A stretch of DNA of 64,000 nucleotides from a virus: IMG/VR virus record IMGVR_UViG_3300020213_000001. The stretch is one strand, 5' to 3'. Position numbers and translations under genes: made by a program. The notes under the pieces were generated by a model. The model was not told the DNA's origin and searched no databases. It saw nothing but the letters and a program-made list of their open reading frames with translations. Positions 49,081 to 59,188 of this stretch are shown piece after piece. The stretch's first letter is position 1. Every line of letters begins with the position of its first letter.

Positions 49081-49803
49081 CTAAAATATTTTCATCCTAT
49101 ACATATCTAAGCTAACGACTTCAAGTGATTTTAAAACATCAGACCTAACCTCCTTAATGGTCATGCTAGTATTTTTTTCATCATTCGGAACATTCCAGCT
49201 ATAGGTGTTAGTAAATTTAAGGAAAATCCAGTTAACGTTAAACCCTAACAATTTGAGCTTATTGTAATCCTTGACTAGACGTAGATAGCTAGGCGCACCT
49301 GGATGTAACACCTTGTTAACATCTGGATCGGTTGAACAATATACTAGATTAATGTTTACACCCCTATCTAGCTGCTCAATATATTCATCGTGAGCTATTA
49401 GATCGGACCTAGTATAGATAATTTTAGCATGTTTGAGTATATTCAACGTGATGGCATACTTTTGGTCCATCCAAATAAACGCATCTGGTCCGCCACCATC
49501 TGTAATTATATCCGCACCTAGTATAGCCTGTGGTAAACATTTACCATTAGGAACCGGGAAGCGGAGCTTGTTGCTGGTAAAATATGTATACGGTTGATAA
49601 ACCGTACCATGTGTACACCCGACATAGGGGAACGGATAGTTACTAGTTTGACAAGCCTTAATATACGCTACATCACCCTTACTATCAGAATAGCGTTGAA
49701 TTAGATCGTTGATCTCATCGCGCCGATCAGGAGAAGGGTTTACCTCACACGCGACACTACTAGATACCACGGTACGCGATTTAAAACAAATAACGTTACT
49801 CAC
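49081..49803 (-). CDS. Degenerate radical-SAM-like protein (SPL/Rv2578c-like)
   Basis: PYVGCTHGTVY (degenerate CxxxCxxC); KYAIT, TRSDLI, LHPGAPS..RL. Confidence 0.55.
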   Translation of the reverse strand: MSNVICFKSRTVVSSSVACEVNPSPDRRDEINDLIQRYSDSKGDVAYIKACQTSNYPFPYVGCTHGTVYQPYTYFTSNKLRFPVPNGKCLPQAILGADIITDGGGPDAFIWMDQKYAITLNILKHAKIIYTRSDLIAHDEYIEQLDRGVNINLVYCSTDPDVNKVLHPGAPSYLRLVKDYNKLKLLGFNVNWIFLKFTNTYSWNVPNDEKNTSMTIKEVRSDVLKSLEVVSLDMYRMKIF

Positions 49804-49812
49804 GGTAACCCC

Positions 49813-50007
49813 CTACTCTACATTGCTTAAACGACTAAGTAACAATTCATTGGTAACCCTTACAAGGAATTCTTGTAAATCTCGGATGCTTTCAGGGTTT
49901 AGTGCTAGGCTTTTAGTAGTGTTGCCGTTACCGTCAGTAATTTTAATAGTATATTCAAACACGGAAGGTTTGAGATTGCTAAGTTGTGACTTGTAATAAC
50001 TATCCAT
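49813..50007 (-). CDS. Small hypothetical protein, paralog of 59000-59188
   Basis: YYKSQLSNLKPS...TIKITDGNGNTTK shared. Confidence 0.7.
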   Translation of the reverse strand: MDSYYKSQLSNLKPSVFEYTIKITDGNGNTTKSLALNPESIRDLQEFLVRVTNELLLSRLSNVE

Positions 50008-50016
50008 TGTACCGTC

Positions 50017-50094
50017 CTATAGTAAGTAGTAAATAACTGAAACTGTTACGCCAACCGGGACAAGACTGTAAGCTAGTGTTTGTAATGCATTCAT
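50017..50094 (-). CDS. 25-aa hydrophobic peptide, probably leaderless
   Basis: MNALQTLAYSLVPVGVTVSVIYYLL; ATG 7 nt after the -10 of TTGACA-N17-TATACT. Confidence 0.45.
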   Translation of the reverse strand: MNALQTLAYSLVPVGVTVSVIYYLL

Positions 50095-50133
50095 ATATCA
50101 CAGTATATAGCATAAAACTAAGATTGTCAAGCC

Positions 50134-50736
50134 TTACAAACTACATGCCATTCTCAGAAACTGAATGTTGAGTTCTTCTTGACTTTCTTGAGCAGCAATT
50201 TTATTAGAATCACTAGCAGCATTGGCGGCATAGGAGGCATAGGTGGCGGCATAGGAGGCATAGGTGGCAGCATTGGTGGCAGCTCGGATGGCATTGTATG
50301 CGGCAACACAGAGGGCATAGCGGGCAGCATGGGCCGCATAGCGGGCAGCAAGGGCGGCATAGTAGGCAGCATTGGTGGCATAGCAGTCTCCAATAATATC
50401 CCTATGCTTTTCGATCTCCTCTGTTTCAGTATCAGTCAAGTTATTAAAATCCTTAACAGTCTTAAGAAAATCGATGCAATCACTAAAACGTTTATCTTCT
50501 GGATACTTTTCTTCAAAAATATGAGCTACGCTTTCGGCACAAAGAACTGCCCAGCTAACGGCTTGATTTTTGGTTAACACCTTTTCTGCAACCCAAATTT
50601 TATCGTCGTAGTTGACATTAGGTAATTCCATGAAATCACTAAGGCTTCCGCTAAAATTAGCGTGATGCTCTAGGAAATGCTCATACCTATCAAAGCAAGG
50701 ATTTAGGCTTTTCAGTACTTCTTTATTAATCTGCAT
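50134..50736 (-). CDS. Imm5-like paralog, copy D
   Basis: Same architecture; FLRMACSL C-terminal type. Confidence 0.75.
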   Translation of the reverse strand: MQINKEVLKSLNPCFDRYEHFLEHHANFSGSLSDFMELPNVNYDDKIWVAEKVLTKNQAVSWAVLCAESVAHIFEEKYPEDKRFSDCIDFLKTVKDFNNLTDTETEEIEKHRDIIGDCYATNAAYYAALAARYAAHAARYALCVAAYNAIRAATNAATYASYAATYASYAANAASDSNKIAAQESQEELNIQFLRMACSL

Positions 50737-50792
50737 AAAGTGTCTCCTGTAGTTTACCAGAGAATAGCATATAAAACTAAACTAGTCAAGCT

Positions 50793-51449
50793 TTACAAAC
50801 TAGTCACTTGTTTAAGAAACTGAAGATTAAGGGCTTCTTGTTTTTGTTGAGCGGCATCACCAGGGGAAGCACAGATTGAAAGGGCAGCATGGGCGGCAGA
50901 ACGGGCGGCATATTCGGCAGCACAGCGGGCAGAAATGGTGGCAGAATGGTATGCACAGCGGGCAGAAATGGTGGCAGAATGGTATGCATAGGTGGCATAG
51001 GTGGTGGCGGCATTGGCAGAGCCGGCAGCATAGGCGGCAGCATAGGCGGCAGCATAGGCGGCAGCATAGGCGGCAGCATCGGTGGTGGCGTAGTGGACGA
51101 CATAGACGGCACTTTCATGCCTTTTAATCTCTAATACTTGGGCATTTGTCAAGTTATTAAAATCATTAACTGTTTTAAGGTAGTTGATGCAATCACTAAA
51201 ACGTTTATCTTTTGGATATTCTTTTTCAAATATATACATAACACTGTCAGCACAAAAAATTGCCCACTTAACAGCTTGATTTTGGGTTAATACCCTTTTT
51301 GCAACCCAGGTTTTATCTTCATAGCTAATATTTGGTAAGTCCATGAATTCGCTAAGACTACCGTTAAACTCACCGTGATGCCTTAGATAATTCTCATATC
51401 TATCAACACAAGGCTCTAGGATTTTCAATACGTCTTTATTGATTTGCAT
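50793..51449 (-). CDS. Imm5-like paralog, copy E
   Basis: Same architecture; (AAAY)x4 and (AYHSATISARC)x2. Confidence 0.75.
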   Translation of the reverse strand: MQINKDVLKILEPCVDRYENYLRHHGEFNGSLSEFMDLPNISYEDKTWVAKRVLTQNQAVKWAIFCADSVMYIFEKEYPKDKRFSDCINYLKTVNDFNNLTNAQVLEIKRHESAVYVVHYATTDAAAYAAAYAAAYAAAYAAGSANAATTYATYAYHSATISARCAYHSATISARCAAEYAARSAAHAALSICASPGDAAQQKQEALNLQFLKQVTSL

Positions 51450-51561
51450 AAAGCTTCCCTGGTTGTTGATCTTAACCCATTATTACATATAATGCTAAGC
51501 TTGTCAAGGTAAATCCCAATAGCTCAATTTTTCAGTCCTTACCTCGAATGATTACAGTATC

Positions 51562-51867
51562 TTACTCGGATTCGCATTCTTGCTCGAAAAAATCCCACGC
51601 TTTATCAATTTCAGATTCTTCATAGAACACGTCGTCAACTTCAACATATTCGGCGGTGTAATCATTAAACCCGCATCTATATGCAGTAGGATCGACATTT
51701 CTCAATATATCACTAGGATCATAGGCGCAACCGCCTACTTTATAAGGCTCGTGGCATTCATCAAGCATTGCATCGAATGCTTGTTCCATTTCCTTCTCAC
51801 TACGCCCGGTAACGTTTTCCTCCAAGAATTCCAAAAACGCCTTATTTTTTAAATCATAGCTGCTCAT
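51562..51867 (-). CDS. Acidic hypothetical early protein
   Basis: True ATG 51867 after the cassette promoter; DPTAYRCGFNDY. Confidence 0.65.
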   Translation of the reverse strand: MSSYDLKNKAFLEFLEENVTGRSEKEMEQAFDAMLDECHEPYKVGGCAYDPSDILRNVDPTAYRCGFNDYTAEYVEVDDVFYEESEIDKAWDFFEQECESE

Positions 51868-52583
51868 ATAAAATCCCTTGGTTAATGCTCTTACCTCATA
51901 ATACACTAGATAAGGAAGCTTGTCAAGCTAAAATTCTTTTGTAACAAATAGAAAACTTATCAGTCTCATTTAAAAGTGTATTACGTATCTTCTGGTGTAC
52001 CAGCTAACAAGTGGTGCCTGTTCGCCGGTGTTGGTTAAACGATGAGTACCACTATTATCGCATCTACTAGAACTATACTAGGAGACGTGCGGTTGTATGA
52101 AACGGTTACACGCTGTGAACAACTATTAAACAATTTGTAAAACTGGTAAATACACCAGAGTAAATGGTGTAACTGTTTGATATTGTAGAGTAATTTATTA
52201 GAGAGAAGAATGGTAAGGATTCACACTTGTAAAAACAAGCACTTACGTAACATTATAACATAGATGTGTTACTATGACGTTTTTTCTGTTAATAGTGTTT
52301 TTTTTGATTCACGGCATAGCTTCGCTCTACCTAGGAATTTCCTAAGTACACTATGCAGGAGATCTTGTCAAATATAATGCAATTAGTGCTACATTTAAGC
52401 CAAATACTTGAAATCATTCAATAACAATATACTCGAAGGCAATCTTACATTGCAAGAAGTAGCCCTATTGCCGCTAATTGCCTTATTTTCCATTACACCA
52501 TAACTATTGATTTCAGTATTATAGTTGACAAGCCTGGTCTTATATGTAATAATGGGTTAAGAGTAAAACGCAGGAGACACTTT

Positions 52584-53204
52584 ATGCAAATTAACAAAGA
52601 AGTACTGAAAAGACTTAAACCCTGTGCTGACAGGTATGAGCATTTCCTAGAGCATCACGCTGAGTTTAACGGTAGTCTTAGCGAATTCATGGACTTACCT
52701 AATCTTGAGTACGCCGATAAAATTTGGGTTGCAAGGAAGGTATTAACCAAGAATAAACGGGTTAAATGGGCTATTCTTTGCGCTGAAAGCGTTATGTATA
52801 TTTTTGAGGCAAAGTATCCAGATGATAAAAGCCTTAGTGATTGCATCAACTACCTTAAAACAGTTAATGATTTCGACGACTTGACATATGCTGAAAAGTC
52901 GAAGATTGAAAAGCACTTAGATATTATCGAAAAAGCTTTACCTACCTATGCCTCCTATGCCACCGGCGATGTCAACTATGCCGCCCATTCTGCCATCTAT
53001 GCTGCCTACTATGCTGCCACCAGTGCCACCACCAGTGATACCACCAGTGCTAGTAGTGCCGCCCAAGCTGCCCGCTTTGCCACCGAATTTGCCACCGAAT
53101 CTGCTTTCTATGCTGCCAAAAATGCCGGTGAAAATTTTACCGCTGCCAAGCATAACCAGCTAGAGCTTAACATTAAGTTTCTTAAGCAAGTGATTAGTCT
53201 GTAA
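52584..53204 (+). CDS. Imm5-like paralog, copy F
   Basis: Same architecture; promoter at 52525. Confidence 0.75.
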   Translation: MQINKEVLKRLKPCADRYEHFLEHHAEFNGSLSEFMDLPNLEYADKIWVARKVLTKNKRVKWAILCAESVMYIFEAKYPDDKSLSDCINYLKTVNDFDDLTYAEKSKIEKHLDIIEKALPTYASYATGDVNYAAHSAIYAAYYAATSATTSDTTSASSAAQAARFATEFATESAFYAAKNAGENFTAAKHNQLELNIKFLKQVISL

Positions 53205-53266
53205 GGGTTGACAAGCCTTCCTTATCTAGTGTACTATGGGTTAAGAGCAAAAACCAAGAGGTCTTT

Positions 53267-53860
53267 ATGCATATCAATAAAGAAGTACTGAAAAGCCTTA
53301 AGCCTTGCGCTGACAGATATGAGAATTATCTAAGGCATCACGCTAATTTTGATGGAAGCTTTGGTGAATTCCTAGACTTACCCAATATTAGCTATAGTGA
53401 TAAGGTTTGGATTGCTGAAAAGGTATTAACCAAGAATAAACGGGTTAAGTGGGCAATTCTTTGTGCTGAAAGCGTAGTACATGTTTTTGAAAAAGAATAC
53501 CCGGATGAAAGATGCATTAGTAATTGTATTCGATACCTTAAAACAGTTAAGGATTTTAATAGTTTGACTGATACTGAAAGAGAGGAGATCGAAAGGCACT
53601 TAGATATTATCCAAAAAGCTTTACCTGCCTATGCCGCCTTTGCAGCCCACTATGCCGTCCGTGCTGCCGCCTATGCCGCCCATTCTGCCATCTATGCCAC
53701 CAGTGCTGTTTCCTATGCCATCTATGCCACCAGTGCTGTTTCCTATGCCACCCTTGCTGCCTTCCATGCCACCGCCGATGCCGGTGAAGATGCTGATGGT
53801 GCCAGGAATAACCAGCGAGAGCTTAACATTCAGTTTTTGAGAATGGCATGTAGTTTGTAG
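53267..53860 (+). CDS. Imm5-like paralog, copy G
   Basis: Same architecture; 30-nt tandem duplication; FLRMACSL. Confidence 0.75.
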   Translation: MHINKEVLKSLKPCADRYENYLRHHANFDGSFGEFLDLPNISYSDKVWIAEKVLTKNKRVKWAILCAESVVHVFEKEYPDERCISNCIRYLKTVKDFNSLTDTEREEIERHLDIIQKALPAYAAFAAHYAVRAAAYAAHSAIYATSAVSYAIYATSAVSYATLAAFHATADAGEDADGARNNQRELNIQFLRMACSL

Positions 53861-53923
53861 TTGACAAGCCTGGCATTATATGTAATAATGAATAAGAGCA
53901 GTAAAGCTCTAAGAGGGAATTAG

Positions 53924-54319
53924 GTGAAAACAATACTTATCGCCATTATGGCGCTGTTTCTTATCGGTTGTTGTAAAAAATCTAATAAGTCTACACCTAT
54001 TATCACAAGTAAGCCTGTTGTGGAGTATAAACTTGCAGAGTCTTACTCTTTTTCAGCCCCAAATGGAGAGGCTTCCATTTTTGGTATGTTGCTAGGTTAT
54101 AACGAAATACATACCAGGATAGGTGTAATAGATTCAACTACTTGCTTGTTTAAAACTGTATTATACAAAAGCGTTCACCCTAATCCATACTTATTGCACG
54201 TATATGGTTCAAATCAGTTTGCATCAAATGTAGAGGTATGTTCGGAGTTGGAAGGTATCTACAGTTTTGAGTTAACCTCAGATTCGTCGGCGAATTTTAG
54301 AGTGATCGAAACATATTAG
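53924..54319 (+). CDS. Putative lipoprotein
   Basis: MKTILIAIMALFLIGC lipobox; cassette promoter at 53861. Confidence 0.65.
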   Translation: MKTILIAIMALFLIGCCKKSNKSTPIITSKPVVEYKLAESYSFSAPNGEASIFGMLLGYNEIHTRIGVIDSTTCLFKTVLYKSVHPNPYLLHVYGSNQFASNVEVCSELEGIYSFELTSDSSANFRVIETY

Positions 54320-54675
54320 GTCCTGGCGATAAGTATTTTGTTGTATTTTTTGAAGCATAGAGATAGAATCTTATAGGAGGTCGGCGTATTGGTACTAACA
54401 CGTCGGCTCTTATTGAATGATTTCAAGCAGTTGGCTTAAATGCAATGGCTTAGTACAATCTATGTACCAAGAAATATATAAAAACTCAAAAAGAGGTATA
54501 TTTTTTAATATAGATTTTACATTGCAGGATATATCTACAAGATTTCAACTACTTAGCTTACTCCCAGAAAATAAACAGTTCTTTTTTTAGCATACTTTTA
54601 GTATGCTTTTTGCGTTTGACATATAAATGTAATTAGTGCATAGTGGGTATAGGAATAAAACATAGGGAGACATAA

Positions 54676-55284
54676 ATGCTTAACGAAAATAAACAACTGG
54701 TTATTGATCGTTTAAATAGTGCCCTAAAAAGCCTATATCACAATGCGACTCCCAATTACCCTAATGCTCAAAATGATTATGAGGCACAGCTAATTCAAGA
54801 CTGGTTTCAAGATGCTGCTAGTGATGAGATTGATTACATTAACGATGGTGGAGCGAATGGTACTGGCACTAGTACCGCTGATTTCGTCGCATCTAAGTTT
54901 AAAACGGTTAAAGCTCAAAGCATGGCTAGAAAATTCTATATTAAGAAAGTGGCTAGCGAACGTGCAAGTTATGCTCCATGGGAGAATGTCAGAAAGTATG
55001 GTGAACTATTCCAGCATGGACGAGGTGGCCGCACCCTTGCACCCGAATCCCTAGTTAAGTCCCATGGTGCAAGCTTTACGGTTAAAACCGTAGATGATTT
55101 AGACCTTAACATGTCCTCCATGATCGAATTGATTTTGATTCTTGAATCCTTTAACTCGCATGTAAGCGGTTGGAATAGCTGTGTACCGGAGCAATGGGCC
55201 GATAATAAGGCGAATAGCGACCTTCAAGCCGAAATTGACGCGCACGACGGAATGAGCCCGCATAATACGGTTGTTTGGCGGTAA
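54676..55284 (+). CDS. Hypothetical early protein
   Basis: Promoter at 54616; GGGAGA RBS; GRGGR motif. Confidence 0.65.
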   Translation: MLNENKQLVIDRLNSALKSLYHNATPNYPNAQNDYEAQLIQDWFQDAASDEIDYINDGGANGTGTSTADFVASKFKTVKAQSMARKFYIKKVASERASYAPWENVRKYGELFQHGRGGRTLAPESLVKSHGASFTVKTVDDLDLNMSSMIELILILESFNSHVSGWNSCVPEQWADNKANSDLQAEIDAHDGMSPHNTVVWR

Positions 55285-55340
55285 TTGACAAGCCTTCCTG
55301 TATGGTGTATAATAGGGTAAGAACATAACAGGAGCTAAAA

Positions 55341-55799
55341 GTGGATATCAAATTCAAGACTATGCTTGTCGGTGCCGTCTTTAAGCCGTGGGAATCTATT
55401 AAGTTTATCTGTACCATCAACGGTCAAGATTTTGGATACAGCCTAGGCATGGGATATGTAGTAAAGTTTGATGATAGGGAACATAATCAGACGAACTATC
55501 CTGATTGGGCGCGCAAGGTGTTGGTCGATGGATATGAGACTAGTGTCGATCTAGGGCGCAATGGTTGCGGAAAAGTAAAGCGGCCCGTGCTTGAAAATGT
55601 ACTGAATTCACTATTTATGGATTCAACCGCCCATGAACTTAGTTTTGTTGACTGGTGTAGTGAATTTGGTTATAATAATGATAGCATTAGCGATAGAAAA
55701 ACTTATGATGGGTGCATCGATAACCACTTTAAGCTTAAAAAAGCTCTAGGCTATAAATATGGTGATGTAAAAGCTGAAATTGAGGCGCTAGGACTGTAG
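55341..55799 (+). CDS. Hypothetical early protein
   Basis: Promoter at 55285; FVDWCSEFGY..DS motif. Confidence 0.65.
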   Translation: MDIKFKTMLVGAVFKPWESIKFICTINGQDFGYSLGMGYVVKFDDREHNQTNYPDWARKVLVDGYETSVDLGRNGCGKVKRPVLENVLNSLFMDSTAHELSFVDWCSEFGYNNDSISDRKTYDGCIDNHFKLKKALGYKYGDVKAEIEALGL

Positions 55800-55841
55800 T
55801 TGACTATATGCTATTCTCTGATAAACCACAGGAGACACTTT

Positions 55842-56481
55842 ATGCAAATTAACAAAGAATTCCTGAAAAGACTTAAACCCTTGCGCTGACAGATATAAGA
55901 ATTTTCTAAAACACAATGCTGATTTTAGCGGAAGTCTTAGTGAATTCATGGACTTACCTACTGTTGCTTACTCTGATAAAATTTGGGTTGCAGAAAAGGT
56001 GTTAACCCAAAATCAAGCCGTTAGCTGGGCAACGCTATGCGCTGAAAGTGTTGTGTCTATTTTTGAAGCGAAATACCCAAAAGACAAGCGCCTTAGCAAT
56101 TGCATGGAGTTTCTTAAGTCTGTTAATGATTTCAATAGCTTGACAATTGATCAAGCATTAGAGGTTAGGAGGCATGAAAGTGCCGCCCGTGCTGCATGTG
56201 TTTCTAGTGGCACTAGTGGTGCCGATGGTGTAATTGCTGCCCGTGGTGCTAGTGGTGCCAGTGTTTTTGAATCTGCCCACGCTGTCCATGCAGCCGCCTA
56301 TGCTGCCACCGCCAGCCATGACGCCCATGCCACCAGTGCTGCCGTCCGTTCTGCCACCTGTGCCGCCAATGCTGCCTTCCATGCTGCTTTCTATGCTGAT
56401 CTTGATTCTAATAAAATTGCTGCTTTTAAAAATCAAGAAGCTCTTAACCTTCAGTTTTTGAGAATGGCATGTAGTCTGTAA
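55842..56481 (+). pseudogene. Imm5-like paralog, copy H (frameshifted)
   Basis: MQINKEFLKRLKP start at 55842; an extra base near 55880 gives an early TGA; the rest is the 55948-56481 ORF; promoter spacer shortened by 11 nt. Confidence 0.75.
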
Positions 56482-56539
56482 AGGTTGACAAGTTTAATCC
56501 TATATGCTATTCTCTGATAACACTAACCGGAGTTAAATC

Positions 56540-57598
56540 ATGGGTTCATTTTCGCAAATTTTCGCAAAAAATTATGTTAAAGTTATTCCTGTTGACGCTA
56601 AGTATAAAACAGTAAAGGGTAAAAAAATCCGTATTAAACATGTATTCGATAACTCACAGGTTGCTCACGTTTGGGCACAACAAACTCAAGAATTTGGACG
56701 CAATGGTAAAGAGACTATCTATTTCGACGGAGATAGCATTTATAGCTACGGTCCCCACTACCTCGCGGGGAAAATTCATGAGGTTGATGGGAAAAGGATA
56801 GCATTGATCAATAGTAAATCCTATAGCGTGTCCACAACTAGACACGTTTCATACGTTAGACGTTCTGTTAGGGGGCTTATTCCTCATTTCGAGGTGCCTA
56901 ATCCATCTGAATTGAAACACGTTGACAACGTTAATCATTTTTATAATGAGGTATTTAATGCTATTAGCCGTATCTTTAGCACCTCTAAAGTTACAAGTGC
57001 TTGCGGTGTTAAATATCCGATCAATAACATCAACACTATTGTAAAAAACGCTAACGCCTATTTTAACATCATTGGAGTTAAACCCATTATAGTTGACCAG
57101 GGCACTATGGAGGCAATCAAAGCGCATTTGAAAAAACGTTTTGCGCGTTATCTTGAGTTAAATAGTCCCGAAATTGTTGCTGACCGGGTAAGGGTTAAAC
57201 GCGAACTATTCGAGAAATATAATGCTATACGTATAGCGACGCTTAATGACCGTCTTGAGGAGTGGAAGTCCGGTAAATCTGTGTTATCTTACGTAGATGC
57301 GCGACTGTTAAATCTTAAATATGATCTAATCCGAGTACGTAACAACACTATTGAAACCAGCGGCGGCGCTAGTGTACCTCTAAACGATGCAATTGTAATG
57401 TATAAGGCGTTGGCGGCCGGTATGGCCAAGTCTGGCATGGGCGTTGGTAATTTTAAACTCACGTCTATCGACAAATGCGGTAGTGATACGATTGTTACAG
57501 TTGGTTGTCACAAGTTTTTACTAAGTGACATTGCGTCAACCATTGATGCCCATCTAAACAGAAATGAAGAAATTACCTGTAATGTTCTTCCTCTCTAA
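56540..57598 (+). CDS. Hypothetical early protein, 352 aa
   Basis: Promoter at 56485; VAHVWA, IYSYG.H and C-terminal VGCH motifs. Confidence 0.7.
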   Translation: MGSFSQIFAKNYVKVIPVDAKYKTVKGKKIRIKHVFDNSQVAHVWAQQTQEFGRNGKETIYFDGDSIYSYGPHYLAGKIHEVDGKRIALINSKSYSVSTTRHVSYVRRSVRGLIPHFEVPNPSELKHVDNVNHFYNEVFNAISRIFSTSKVTSACGVKYPINNINTIVKNANAYFNIIGVKPIIVDQGTMEAIKAHLKKRFARYLELNSPEIVADRVRVKRELFEKYNAIRIATLNDRLEEWKSGKSVLSYVDARLLNLKYDLIRVRNNTIETSGGASVPLNDAIVMYKALAAGMAKSGMGVGNFKLTSIDKCGSDTIVTVGCHKFLLSDIASTIDAHLNRNEEITCNVLPL

Positions 57599-57720
57599 AT
57601 GTTTTTTAAAATATTGACGACAAGCGTAGTAATATAAAATTGAGGCGCTAGAGGTTTATCTTGACAAGCCTGGCATTATATGTAATAATGGGTTAAGAGC
57701 AGCAACACAGGAGACTCCAT

Positions 57721-58320
57721 ATGCAGATCAATAAAGAAGTACTGAAAAGCCTAAATCCTTGTGCTGATAGGTATGAACATTTCCTAGAGCATTACGGAGA
57801 GTTTAACGGAAGTCTTAGTGATTTCCTAGACTTACCTAATCTTGACTACGATGATAAAGTTTGGGTTGCTATGAGGGTTTTAACCAAGAATCAAGCTATT
57901 AGCTGGGGAGTTCTTTGTGCTGAAAGCGTAGTGCATATTTTTGAAGCAAAACGCCCGGATGATAAACGCCTTATCAATTGCATCAATTTTCTTAAATCTA
58001 TTAATGATTTCAGTAGTTTGACAATTGATCAAGCATTAGAGATTAAGAGGCATGAATCTGACACCGATGATGTCATTGCTTCCAATTCTGCCGACGATGC
58101 TGCCTACTATGCCTCCTATGCTGCCTATGCAGCCGCCTATAGTGCCACCTTTGCTGCCAGTGTTTCCGAAGATGTCTATGCTGCCGCCTATGCCACCAAA
58201 CATGCCACCTATGCTGCCCGCTTTGCTTTCCATGCTGCCAGCAATTCTATTAATGATGACGCCGAGCAAAAACAAAAATACATCAACCTGCAATTTCTAA
58301 AACAAGTAGTTAGTTTATAG
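57721..58320 (+). CDS. Imm5-like paralog, copy I
   Basis: Same architecture; promoter at 57661. Confidence 0.75.
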   Translation: MQINKEVLKSLNPCADRYEHFLEHYGEFNGSLSDFLDLPNLDYDDKVWVAMRVLTKNQAISWGVLCAESVVHIFEAKRPDDKRLINCINFLKSINDFSSLTIDQALEIKRHESDTDDVIASNSADDAAYYASYAAYAAAYSATFAASVSEDVYAAAYATKHATYAARFAFHAASNSINDDAEQKQKYINLQFLKQVVSL

Positions 58321-58378
58321 TTGACAAGCCTGGCATTATATGTAATAATGGGTTAAGAGCAAACTACAGGAGTCATTT

Positions 58379-58939
58379 ATGCAGATTAATAAAGAATTCT
58401 TGAAAAGCCTAAAGCCTTGTGCTGACAGGTATAAGGTTTTTCTAAAACATCACGCTGATTTTGATGGAAGCCTTAGTGAATTCCTAGACTTACCTAATCT
58501 TGAATATGGCGATAAAGCTTGGGTTGCTGAAAGGGTATTAAACAAAAATCAAGCTATTAACTGGGCAATTCTATGCGCTGAAAGTGTTGTTCATATTTTT
58601 GAAGAACAGTGCCCAGGCAATAAACACCCTAGAGATTGCATCGATTTTCTTAAGACTGTTAATGATTTCAATAACTTAACTGAAACTGAAAAGTTGGAGA
58701 TCGAAAAGCACAAGGATATTATTGGAGACTACTATTCCACCAGTGCTGCCAACTATGCCACCAGTGCAGCCCACTATGCCCTCTATAGTGATGTATACAA
58801 TGCCGCCTTTGCAGCCCACTATGCCGTCTATGCTGCCACCCATTCTGCCAATGCTGCTAGTGATTCTATTGAAAGTGATGCTAAACAAAAACAAGAAGCC
58901 TTAAATCTTCAGTTTCTTAAACAAGTGATTAGCCTGTAA
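58379..58939 (+). CDS. Imm5-like paralog, copy J
   Basis: Same architecture; promoter at 58321. Confidence 0.75.
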   Translation: MQINKEFLKSLKPCADRYKVFLKHHADFDGSLSEFLDLPNLEYGDKAWVAERVLNKNQAINWAILCAESVVHIFEEQCPGNKHPRDCIDFLKTVNDFNNLTETEKLEIEKHKDIIGDYYSTSAANYATSAAHYALYSDVYNAAFAAHYAVYAATHSANAASDSIESDAKQKQEALNLQFLKQVISL

Positions 58940-58999
58940 GGCTTGACAAGCTCCCTTGGTTAGTGTATAATGGGTTAAGAGCATTAACCAAGGGATTTT

Positions 59000-59188
59000 A
59001 TGAGTAACTTCCAGTTGTATTACAAGTCACAACTTAGCAACCTCAAACCTTCCGAGTATGAATATACTATAAAAATTACTGACGGCAATGGCAACACTAC
59101 TAAACACCTATCGCTAAACGCTGAAAGCATCCAAGATTTGCAAGATTTTCTTGTAAGGGTTGCCGATGAATTGCTACTTAATCGCTAA
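59000..59188 (+). CDS. Small hypothetical protein, paralog of 49813-50007
   Basis: Near-identical protein; promoter at 58943. Confidence 0.7.
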   Translation: MSNFQLYYKSQLSNLKPSEYEYTIKITDGNGNTTKHLSLNAESIQDLQDFLVRVADELLLNR

